Source: Eledone cirrhosa (lineage: Eukaryota). Taken from it: 64,000 nucleotides of DNA. The notes under the pieces are model-generated. The model had not been told where the DNA came from. It saw nothing but the letters and a program-made list of their open reading frames with translations, and did not search any database. This document shows, piece after piece, positions 13,618-24,752 of this stretch (positions are counted from its first letter, which is position 1; each line of letters opens with the position of its first letter). The DNA is taken from assembly GCA_964016885.1 (NCBI GenBank), contig OZ024744.1:101494001-101558000 (forward strand), read 5' to 3'. The position numbers were made by a program, and so were the translations under genes.

Positions 13618-16600
13618 AGGTGCCACATTAAAAAGCACCCAGTCCACACTGTAACATGTTCATGTAGGTGCCATGCCAAAAATTGCCTAGTACTCACTCT
13701 AATGTGGTCATGTAGGCGTCATGACAAAAAGCACCCAGACCACACTCTATAGTGGTCATGTAGGTTTCATGCCAAAAAGTACCTAGTACTCACTATAAAA
13801 GTGGTCATGTAGGTGTCATGACAAAAAGAACCCAGTATTCAATGTAAAATGGTCATGTAGGTGTAATGACAAAAAAGACCCAGCCCACACTGTAAAGTGT
13901 TCATGTAGGTGTCATGACAAATAGCACCTAGTACTTACTGTAATGTGGTGATGTAGATGTCATGACAAAAAGCACCCAGTCCACACTGTAAAGTGGTCAT
14001 GTAGGTGTCATGCCAAAAAGTACCTAGTACTCACTATAAAAGTGGTCATGTAGGTGTCATGACAAAAAGAACCCAGTATTCAATGTAAAATGGTCATGTA
14101 GGTGTAATGACAAAAAAGACCCAGCCCTCACTGTAAAGTGTTCATGTAGGTGTCATGACAAATAGCACCTAGTACTTACTGTAATGTGGTGATGTAGGTG
14201 TCATGACAAAAAGCAGCCAGTCCACACTGTAAAGTGGTCATGTAGATGTAATGACAAAAAGCACCCAGTAATCACTGTAAAAGTGGTCATGTAGGTGTCT
14301 TGACAAAAAGCACCCATTACTCACTGTAAAATGGTCATGTAGGTGTCATGACAAAAAGCACCCTGTCCACACTATAAAATGGTCATGTAGGTGCCACAAC
14401 AAACAGCACCCAGTCCACATTGTAAAATGGTCATGTAGGTGTCATGACAAAAAGCACCCAGTCCACACTGTAAAGTGGTCATGTTGGTGTCATGCAAGAA
14501 GCACCCAGTACTCACTGTAAAAGTCGTCATGTAGGTGTCATGACAAAAAGTGCACAGTCCACACTGTAAAGTGATCATGTAGGTGTCATAACAAAAAGCA
14601 CCCAGTTCACACTGTAAAGTGGTCATGTATGTGTCATGACAAAATCATCCAGTACTCACTGTAAAGTGGTCATGTAGGTGTCATGACAAAAAGCACAAAG
14701 TACTCACTGTAAAGTGGTCATGTAGGTGTCATGACAAAAAGCACCCAGTACTCACTGTAAAATGGTAATGTAGGTGTCATGACAAAAAGCACCCAGTACT
14801 CACTGTAAAGTGGTCATGTAGGTGTCATGATAAAAAGCACCCAGTATACACTGTAAAGTGTTCATGCAGGTGTCATGAGAAAAAGAACCCAGTCCACACT
14901 GTAAAGTGGTCAGTTAGGTGTCATGACAAATGCACCCAGTCTACACTGTAAAGTGCTCATGCAGGTGTCATGACAAAAAGCACCCAGTACTCCCTGTAAA
15001 CTGGTCATGTAGGTGTCATGACAAAAAGGACCCAGTACTCAAAATAAAAGTGGTTATGTTGGTGTCATGACAAAAAGGACCCAGTCCACACCATAAAGTG
15101 GTCATGTAGGCGTCATGACAAAAAGCACCCAGTACTCACTGTAAAAGTGGTCAGGTAGATGTTATGAAAAAAGCACCCAGTCCACACTGTAAAGTGGTCA
15201 TGTAGGTATCATGATAAAAAGCACCTAGTACTCACTGTAATGTGGTCATATAGGTGTCATGACAAAGACCACCCAGTACTTACTGTATAAGTGGTCATGT
15301 CTATGTCATGACAAAAAGCACCCATTCCACACTGTAAAGTGGTCATATAGGGGTCATGACAAAAAGCACCCAGTACTTACTGTATAAGTGGTCATGTAGA
15401 TGTCATGACAATAAGCACCAATTCCACACTGTAAAGTGGTCATGTAGGTGTCATGACAAAAAGCACCCTGTCCACACTATAAAATGGTCATGTAGGTGTC
15501 ATGCCAAAAAGTACCTAGTACTCACTGTAAAGTGGTCATGTTGGTGTCATGCAAGAAGCACCCAGTACTCACTGTAAAAGTCGTCATGTAGGTGTCATGA
15601 CAAAAAGTGCACAGACCACACTGTAAAGTGATCATGTAGGTGTCATAACAAAAAGCACCCAGTTCACACTGTAAAGTGGTCATGTATGTGTCATGACAAA
15701 ATCATCCAGTACTCACTGTAAAGTGGTCATGTAGGTGTCATGACAAAAAGCACAAAGTACTCACTGTAAAGTGGTCATGTAGGTGTCATGACAAAAAGCA
15801 CCCAGTACTCACTGTAAAGTGGTCATGTAGGTGTCATTACAAAAAGCACCCAGTGCACACTGTAAAGTGGTCATGTAGGTGTCATGCCAAAAAGTACCTA
15901 GTACTCACTGTAAAGTGTTCATGTAGGTGTCATGACAAAAAGAACCCAGTACTCATTATAAAAGTGGTCATGTTGGTGTAATGACAAAAAGGACCCAGTC
16001 CACACTGTAAAGTCTTCATCTAGGTGTCATGACAAATAGCACCCAGTACTCACTGTAAAGTGGTCATGTAGGTGTCATTACAAAAAGCACCCAGTGCACA
16101 CTGTAAAGTGGTCATGTAGGTGTCATGACAAAAAGAACCCAGTATTCAATGTAAAATGGTCATGTAGGTGTAATGACAAAAAAGACCCAGCCCTCACTGT
16201 AAAGTGTTCATGTAGGTGTCTTGACAAAAAGCACCCATTACTCACTGTAAAATGGTCATGTAGGTGTAATTACAAAAAGCACCCTGTCCACACTGTAAAG
16301 TGGTCATGTAGGTGTGATGATAAAAAGCACCCAGTATACACTGTAAAGTGTTCATGTAGGTGTCATGAGAAAAAGTACCCAGTCCACACTGTAAAGTGGT
16401 CATGTAGATGTCATGACAAAAAGCACCCAGTCTATAGTGTAATGTGGTCATGTATTTTTCATTTCAAAAAGCACCTAGCCCACACTGTAAAGTGGTCATG
16501 TAGGTGTCATGACAAAAAGCACACAGTCCACAATGTAAAGTAGTCAGTTAGCTGTCATGACAAAAATCACCCAGTCCACACTGTAAAGTGGTCATGTAGG

Positions 16601-19600
16601 TGTGATGATAAAAAGCACCCAGTATACACTGTAAAGTGTTCATGTAGGTGTCATGAGAAAAAGTACCCAGTCCACACTGTAAAGTGGTCATGTAGATGTC
16701 ATGACAAAAAGCACCCAGTCTATAGTGTAATGTGGTCATGTATTTTTCATTTCAAAAAGCACCTAGCCCACACTGTAAAGTGGTCATGTAGGTGTCATGA
16801 CAAAAAGCACACAGTCCACAATGTAAAGTAGTCAGTTAGCTGTCATCACAAAAATCACCCAGTCCACACTGTAAAGTGCTCATGTAGGTGTTATGATAAA
16901 AAGCACCCAGTATACACTGTAAAGTGTTCATGCAGGTGTCATGAGAAAAAGAACCCAGTCCACACTGTAAAGTGGTCAGTTAGGTGTCATGACAAATGCA
17001 CCCAGTCTACACTGTAATGTGCTCATGCAGGTGTCATGACAAAAAGCACCCAGTACTCCCTGTAAACTGGTCATGTAGGTGTCATGACAAAAAGGACCCA
17101 GTACTCAAAATAAAAGTGGTTATGTTGGTGTCATGACAAAAAGGACCCAGTCCACACCATAAAGTGGTCATGTAGGCGTCATGACAAAAAGCACCCAGTA
17201 CTCACTGTAAAAGTGGTCATGTAGATGTTATGAAAAAAGCACCCAGTCCACACTGTAAAGTGGTCATGTAGGTATCATGATAAAAAGCACCTAGTACTCA
17301 CTGTAATGTGGTCATATAGGTGTCATGACAAAGACCACCCAGTACTTTCTGTATAAGTGGTCATGTCTATGTCATGACAAAAAGCACCCATTCCACACTG
17401 TAAAGTTGTTAGTTAGGTGTCATTACAAAAAGCACCCAGTCCACAGTGTAAAGTGGTCATATAGGGGTCATGACAAAAAGCACCCAGTACTTACTGTATA
17501 AGTGGTCATGTAGATGTCATGACAATAAGCACCCATTCCACACTGTAAAGTGGTCATGTAGGTGTCATGACAAAAAGCACCCTGTCCACACTATAAAATG
17601 GTCATGTAGGTGCCACAACAAACAGCACCCAGTCCACATTGTAAAATGGTCATGTAGGTGTCATGACAAAAAGCACCCAGTCCACACTGTAAAGTGGTCA
17701 TGTTGGTGTCATGCAAGAAGCACCCAGTACTCACTGTAAAAGTCGTCATGTAGGTGTCATGACAAAAAGTGCACAGTCCACACTGTAAAGTGATCATGTA
17801 GGTGTCATAACAAAAAGCACCCAGTTCACACTGTAAAGTGGTCATGTATGTGTCATGACAAAATCATCCAGTACTCACTGTAAAGTGGTCATGTAGGTGT
17901 CATGACAAAAAGCACAAAGTACTCACTGTAAAGTGGTCATGTAGGTGTCATGACAAAAAGCACCCAGTACTCACTGTAAAATGGTAATGTAGGTGTCATG
18001 ACAAAAATCACCCAGTACTCACTGTAAAGTGGTCATGTAGGTGTCATGATAAAAAGCACCCAGTATACACTGTAAAGTGTTCATGCAGGTGTCATGAGAA
18101 AAAGAACCCAGTCCACACTGTAAAGTGGTCAGTTAGGTGTCATGACAAATGCACCCAGTCTACACTGTAAAGTGCTCATGCAGGTGTCATGACAAAAAGC
18201 ACCCAGTACTCCCTGTAAACTGGTCATGTAGGTGTCATGACAAAAAGGACCCAGTACTCAAAATAAAAGTGGTTATGTTGGTATCATGACAAAAAGGACC
18301 CAGTCCACACCATAAAGTGGTCATGTAGGCGTCATGACAAAAAGCACCCAGTACTCACTGTAAAAGTGGTCAGGTAGATGTTATGAAAAAAGCACCCAGT
18401 CCACACTGTAAAGTGGTCATGTAGGTATCATGATAAAAAGCACCTAGTACTCACTGTAATGTGGTCATATAGGTGTCATGACAAAGACCACCCAGTACTT
18501 ACTGTATAAGTGGTCATGTCTATGTCATGACAAAAAGCACCCATTCCACACTGTAAAGTTGTTAGTTAGGTGTCATGACAAAAAGCACCCAGTCCACACT
18601 GTAAAGTGGTCATATAGGGGTCATGACAAAAAGCACCCAGTACTTACTGTATAAGTGGTCATGTAGATGTCATGACAATAAGCACCCATTCCACACTGTA
18701 AAGTGGTCATGTAGGTGTCATGACAAAAAGCACCCTGTCCACACTATAAAATGGTCATGTAGGTGTCATGCCAAAAAGTACCTAGTACTCACTGTAAAGT
18801 GGTCATGTTGGTGTCATGCAAGAAGCACCCAGTACTCACTGTAAAAGTCGTCATGTAGGTGTCATGACAAAAAGTGCACAGACCACACTGTAAAGTGATC
18901 ATGTAGGTGTCATAACAAAAAGCACCCAGTTCACACTGTAAAGTGGTCATGTATGTGTCATGACAAAATCATCCAGTACTCACTGTAAAGTGGTCATGTA
19001 GGTGTCATGACAAAAAGCACAAAGTACTCACTGTAAAGTGGTCATGTAGGTGTCATGACAAAAAGCACCCAGTACTCACTGTAAAATGGTAATGTAGGTG
19101 TCATGACAAAAAGCACCCAGTACTCACTGTAAAGTGGTCATGTAGGTGTCATTACAAAAAGCACCCAGTGCACACTGTAAAGTGGTCATGTAGGTGTCAT
19201 GCCAAAAAGTACCTAGTACTCACTGTAAAGTGTTCATGTAGGTGTCATGACAAAAAGAACCCAGTACTCATTATAAAAGTGGTCATGTTGGTGTAATGAC
19301 AAAAAGGACCCAGTCCACACTGTAAAGTCTTCATCTAGGTGTCATGACAAATAGCACCCAGTACTCACTGTAAAGTGGTCATGTAGGTGTCATTACAAAA
19401 AGCACCCAGTGCACACTGTAAAGTGGTCATGTAGGTGTCATGCCAAAAAGTACCTAGTACTCACTGTAAAGTGGTCATGTAGGTGTCATGACAAAAAGAA
19501 CCCAGTACTCATTATAAAAGTGGTCATGTTGGTGTAATGACAAAAAGGACCCAGCCCACACTGTAAAGTCTTCATCTAGGTGTCATGACAAATAGCACCC

Positions 19601-19634
19601 AGTACTCATGTAACGTGGTCATGTAGGTGTCAGT
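13618..19634 (+). repeat. SatA forward block 2
   Basis: Forward monomers resume at AGGTGCCACATTAAAAAGCACCC. The last monomer runs into AAGGGCATCCAGCTG. Confidence 0.98.
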
Positions 19635-19753
19635 AAGGGCATCCAGCTGGAAAAAAACAAAGCCTGACCTAACTCACCTAAAATGGGACAACCTGTCTAA
19701 CCCATGCTAGCGTGAAAAGAGGACATTAAACAATGATGATGGTGGTGGTGATG
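19635..19753 (+). mobile_element. SINE 3' end terminating SatA
   Basis: AAGGGCATCCAGCTG is identical to the sequence following the SatA-like segment in the SINE copies (e.g. ~24999-25013). It ends GGACATTAAACAATGATGATG, versus the SINE tail GGACGTAAAATGAAATGATGATG. Confidence 0.85.
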
Positions 19754-19857
19754 CTATACATTATAAGTGAATGGTTTTTGTAAGAAAAAAGGCAGTGGTG
19801 TGGAAATAATTGATGAAACAATAAGCCTGGTAACCCTTTCATAACCCAATGGCTCAT

Positions 19858-20702
19858 AACCATTATCATCACCATCACCATCATCATCACCATCACCACC
19901 ATCAGCATCACCATCACAACCACCACCACCACCAGCACCACCGCCTCCGCCACCATCATCATCGTCATCATCACCATCATCACCACCACCGCCACCACCA
20001 CCACCGCCGCCACGATCATCATCACCATCATCGTCACCACCACCACCACCACCACCACCATCATCACCACCATCATCATTGCCACCATCATCGTCACCGT
20101 CATCATCAACACCACCACCACCAACACCACCACCGCCACCATCGTCATCATCATCATCCTCATCACCACCACCACCACCACCATCACCACCACCACCACC
20201 ACCACCACCACCACCACCACCATCGTCATCATCATCATCCTCATCACCACCACCACCACCACCACCGCCACCATCGTCATCATCATCATCCTCATCACCA
20301 CCACCACCACCACCACCACCACCATCATCACCACCATCATCATTGCCACCATCATCGTCACCGTCATCATCAACACCACCACCACCAACACCACCACCGC
20401 CACCATCGTCATCATCATCATCCTCATCACCACCACCACCACCACCATCACCACCACCACCACCACCACCACCACCACCACCACCATCGTCATCATCATC
20501 ATCCTCATCACCACCACCACCACCACCACCGCCACCATCGTCATCATCATCATCCTCATCACCACCACCACCACCACCACCGCCACCTTCGTCATCATCA
20601 TCATCCTCATCACCACCACCACCATCACCACCGCCACCTTCGTCATCATCATCATCATCATCACCACCACCACCACCACCACCACCGCCGCCGCCACCAC
20701 CA
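19858..20702. repeat. Compound (CAC)n/(CAT)n/(CGC) trinucleotide tract with a 264-bp internal duplication
   Basis: In-phase triplets. The marker CATTGCCACCATCATCGTCACCGTC occurs at ~20077 and ~20341. Confidence 0.95.
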
Positions 20703-21039
20703 AAGAAGTTAACAAAGTTATCATACATAAAATTATAATACTCTTTTTCTCTTTCACCTATTCCAGCCAACTGGCTGCAGCCAGCCATGTTGTGGCCATG
20801 CTGTGGCAATTGCCATTGTTGCTACACTTTCTATAGCCAGCCTTCTTTGGATGTCCATTGATGTAAGAGAAGTCTGTTGCTGCTGCTGCCCTTACCCTTA
20901 TTTGTTGTTCGTCTCATGCTGTGGGTTCATCTAGAACCTTAATTAGTAGAACGTCAAGTTGCTTCTTGAAAACATCTACATCTATGCTATTTAGATCTCT
21001 CAGGGGTTTTTGGCAGCTCATTAAAGATCTGGTTTTTAG

Positions 21040-21545
21040 TTTAATATTCTTCTCCTTTGCCCATTTATTCATGGGTGACAAGTTCTCTAGCATATCTTCC
21101 AGTGGGTTCTGTTAGAAGCAACTGTCTCAAACTGATCCACCTGGATCCCAAAGCGAGACCAGCCGAGTTCATAGATGTTATCCAGCCATCTTGCTTGGAG
21201 TCTACCCCTGGGTCTGTTGCCGGTTAGTTTTGCTCATAAAATCTGTCCAGCAATTCTTTCCTGAGACATTCTAACAACATGTTCCTAATATCGGGGCTGT
21301 GATCTCTCGATTCGGAGAAGTAGCGGCTCTACATGGAGTGACTCTCTGATCTCCAAGCTATGCACTTTATCGAGTAACATTACTCTAAAGATCCTTTGGA
21401 GGAACCCTATTTAAGCCACTTATATTCGCAATTGTATTCTTTTGGTCATTACCCAAGATTCATGACCACAGGTAAGGGGTGGCGTGAATACTGAATTGAA
21501 GATAGTGAGTTTGGCTTTTATACCTACCTCCCCTCTTCTGATGAC
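21040..21545 (-). mobile_element. Decayed RTE-clade LINE 3' fragment (Rex3/Expander-like C-terminus)
   Basis: Manual translation: KAKLTIFNSVFTPPLTCGHESWVMTKR..*..EIRESLHVEPLLLRIERSQPRY*EHVVRM..TGNRPRGRLQARWLD. This matches RTE C-terminal motifs (LTYGHE.W, VEPLLL.IERSQLRW.GH, RPRGRP..RW) and has several stops. Confidence 0.85.
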
Positions 21546-21696
21546 TGAATGTTGAAGCTACATATTAATGTGTTAAAATAGAGAGTGTTCTATCAAAGGA
21601 CTATGGGTGGTTTCAGGCAGTTTGATATCAAAAGGTTAATCAACACAAACAGCAGTGTGCAGAGCTCTGGTGATGCCCCGAGTAAATCTTGATTGT

Positions 21697-21754
21697 ATGC
21701 CCCAAAGACTCAAGTATAAGGCCTAATGCCCCAAAGACTCAAGTATAAGGCCTA
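21697..21754. repeat. 29-bp perfect tandem duplication
   Basis: ATGCCCCAAAGACTCAAGTATAAGGCCTA x2. Confidence 0.95.
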
Positions 21755-23186
21755 ATATACTGAGAAATATTATGAGAGGGGAAAATATTTTGAATATATA
21801 AACACAGATGAAACATGAAATAAATGCTTTATTCGATTTTAATATACATCAAACAAATCTATTAAGTTCTTTTCCACAAATGATGTCCCCATCCAAAGGA
21901 TGCACCGTTTCTCCCTGCCTCTCCACGCTACTGAACACAGGCCCAATTCTAACAAAATAAGTGTATGCAGGTCAGATGTTGGCTAAATCTAAAAATGGAA
22001 GCTGACATTTTGGTGGGTTTGGCTTTGAGTTTTGAACGTACTTTAGGGCAGAAATTATTAGATCTTTATATCAAATTAATATTCTAATGAAAGTGTTAAA
22101 ATATATGACAGAATATAATACAAATATTCGTTAATATAGTAAAATAAGGTAAAATTGATGTGGATGCATAACATTAGACCTAGACTTAGAAATTCCTACA
22201 TCTTGAAATACAAGAGGGAGACAGGGCAATTCAGACCCTCCAATGCCCAGCCAGGACAGATACATCCTTTCATTCCTTGTTCACCAGTTGTATATCTTGC
22301 TCAATGTTCTCATGCCAATTCATTTTAGGTTTTCCTCACTCTATTTGTTCTCCTGCAGCCCTGCACAAAGTTTGGTTGGCTAGTCTCATTTGTGGCAGTC
22401 AGGAAGGGTGTCAAAGCCTGGTAAGGTCCCTTTGGGTCAGTTGGTCCAATCATGGTCATCTGGAAAGGTGGCTAAGTCAGTTAAGGTACTTTATTCAGAA
22501 TTTTGACGATACTGGCTGCTGACCTGTTTCTTCCCTGATTTTTTTATAAAGTCGTTCCATTTGACACCAATAATTTTCATTAGGTATTTGGAGTAAAAAG
22601 CATCAACCCATTTTCTCTTGATTGCTTTTGAGTTGCCATGTCTCACAACCCTACAGAAGAGTGGAGATCACATTGGAGTTGTGGAATTGTAGTTTCAGCT
22701 TGAGATAAAACTTTCTACAGGCTCAGACTTTGTTGAGTCAGTTAAATGCTGCTAATGCTTTCCCTATATTACAACTAAGCTCGTGGTCTATGTCACCTCA
22801 ACAATGAACTGAGCCCTCCAATGTAGAGGTAGCTTCTATATATTGTCAATTATTTGCTGGTTTACTGTGACATCAAAATAAGAGTTATGATTGCCTAATG
22901 TCAAGTTCTTGGTTTTCTTTGCACTGATGTTGAGATCAAGACTATTGACATGGTCACTGATAGCATTAATGAGTTCATGTAGATCTTCTGTGTTGTCAGC
23001 TAATACAGCAATATCGTTTGCAAAACCTGAGTCAGTCAATTGGGTATCATTGACGCCGGATATACCCTTACTTGATGTTGTCAACTTCAGTACCCAATCA
23101 ATTGCCAACACAAGCAAGAAGGGACAAAATACATTCCTGCCTTACTCCTGTAAGGATACTGAAGCACCCACTGGCTCCATCCTTCA

Positions 23187-23519
23187 TCATCATCATCATT
23201 TCATTTTACGTCTGCTTTTTCCCTGCTTGCAAGGGTGGGACGGGAACTGATTCTGGCTTGATTTCTACAGCTGGATACCCTTCCTAACACCAACCTCATT
23301 TACAGTGAGTGCTGGGTGCTTTTTTGCCGTGGCACCTGCACGACCACTTTGCAGTGGAATGATAGGGACCCCAGTTCTATCATCTCATTTCTACAGCTGA
23401 GTAAACTGGAGCAATGTGAAATAAAGTCTTGCTCAAGGAAACAACACATCACCCGGTCTGAGAATTGAACTCACAACCTTTAGATTGCAAGGCCAATGCT
23501 CTAACCACTAAGCCATGTG
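23187..23519 (-). mobile_element. tRNA-derived SINE family 1, full-length copy A
   Basis: Reverse complement of copy B, with an (ATG)n tail. Flanked by the direct repeat CCTTCA (23181-23186 and 23520-23525). Confidence 0.93.
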
Positions 23520-23619
23520 CCTTCAGGTATACAAAACATTTGGTGTTCTTGAATGTTGGCATCAACTAACTTTTCTGATATTTCATATATGATCGAAAGA
23601 TTTTTTTCCAAGGGAGGTG

Positions 23620-23807
23620 CAGACCTATCAACTCTCCCAGTCCGACGGGTAGATCTGCCCCCCCTCTCTTTGGGGTAGGTGAGAGATGTCTTCTCTTGTG
23701 AAAATGGGTATAGCTTTGATTATGTAAAAATCTCCCCATTTTACCTCATTTCTCCCCATTTTGGGACATGTTTTTTTCATTTGGCTTTTTAGAGGTTGGC
23801 AGGTCTA
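23620..23807. mobile_element. ~188-bp MITE-like element (possibly hAT-related)
   Basis: Imperfect TIRs CAGACCTATCAAC / GTTGGCAGGTCTA. GAGGTG flanks both sides. It interrupts the LINE RT region. Confidence 0.7.
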
Positions 23808-23908
23808 GAGGTGTGATGGACACATAAAGGTGACAGCTAGGGAGACTCTTGGCATTTGTCTATATCAAGGTGAAGGGCAAACATTTTCTTAGTATATGAT
23901 CTTTTGTA

Positions 23909-24121
23909 TCTGAATCCAGCCTGTTATTCACTTTCACTTGTCACAGTCAGATAAATTCCCCTTCTTAGTTATACACACGATAGTACCATTATTCCTATCC
24001 TCAGTAACCTCTCATGCATTTCCTCTAACCCTCAGTAATTCAGCGCTGATTCCATCCATATGAACTTCTAGGTCTGAATCCAGCCTGTTATTCACTTTCA
24101 CTTGTCACAGTCAGATAAATT
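23909..24121. repeat. 49-bp exact direct repeat pair (23909-23957 and 24073-24121)
   Basis: TCTGAATCCAGCCTGTTATTCACTTTCACTTGTCACAGTCAGATAAATT occurs twice. Confidence 0.92.
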
Positions 24122-24147
24122 TCCATTACCAGGGAATTTGTTGTTCT

Positions 24148-24369
24148 TTAACCCTTAAGCATTTAAACCAGCCATATCCAACCAGAATTCTCTCACCTCT
24201 TTCTGTTCAAACTGGCCAAAACTGGCCAAAACTGGCTGCTCATACTAATGTTAAGGTATTGTTCTCAAAATAACATCAAAATCTCGCAGATTCGATATTA
24301 TGTGAGGTAAAGCCTTTAGCACAAAAATACAATAGTATATATAGAGTAATGTAAATGGTAAAGGGTTAA
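24148..24369. mobile_element. TTAA-specific (piggyBac-like) MITE copy 1, including TSDs
   Basis: TTAA-CCCTT...AAGGG-TTAA. Excision restores the LINE codons V-P-Q-L-K-N-N-K on the minus strand. Confidence 0.9.
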
Positions 24370-24752
24370 TTGTGGGACCACTTTTCTCACCTCTTCTACT
24401 CTGAATTTGTCAGTGCTGATATGGAGAGTTTCTGTCATGTTGTCAATTTGAACAGGTATTGTTAGAGGGAGGCCTATTGAGTACTTGAGTGCAGTGTTCT
24501 GATCATCGATTTAATTTATCTTCAGCCTTAGATGACAAAGAACTCTTTTATTGGCCCATTTCTTATTTTAAATCTGCCTATAATTTTCCTTGAAATCTGA
24601 TACACCATCCTTATGTTACTACAGCCCACTGTACTCTGCACTAAATTTGCTTGACTTCTAAACTACTCATGTTTATCTTTGTATGCACTGCGTTTCATTC
24701 TGTGTTTCTTCAATATATACAATTGGTAATTCACATTTGGTGTTACTGATTT

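Noticed and set aside
731-18844. Many Cys/His/Lys-rich ORFs (KWSCRCHDKKHPVHTV)n and antisense (MTTLQCGLGAFCHDTY)n resembling zinc-finger or heme-binding repeats
   Set aside because: They are translations of a 48-bp (3x16) satellite. 49-bp monomers and stops constantly break the frame, there is no C2H2 spacing, and the unit derives from a non-coding SINE.
1-19634. CRISPR-like appearance (regular repeats with a palindrome)
   Set aside because: There are no unique spacers, the whole unit is repeated, no cas genes are present and the context is eukaryotic TE sequence.
19726-20757. Poly-His, poly-Pro/Ser and poly-Val/Met ORFs
   Set aside because: These overlapping frames are open only because the CAC/CAT triplets lack stops in them.
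22836-23117. Functional reverse transcriptase or retron-like system next to repeat arrays
   Set aside because: The catalytic motif is degenerate (FAND), and the surrounding frame has stops, frameshifts and nested insertions. It is a dead RTE LINE.
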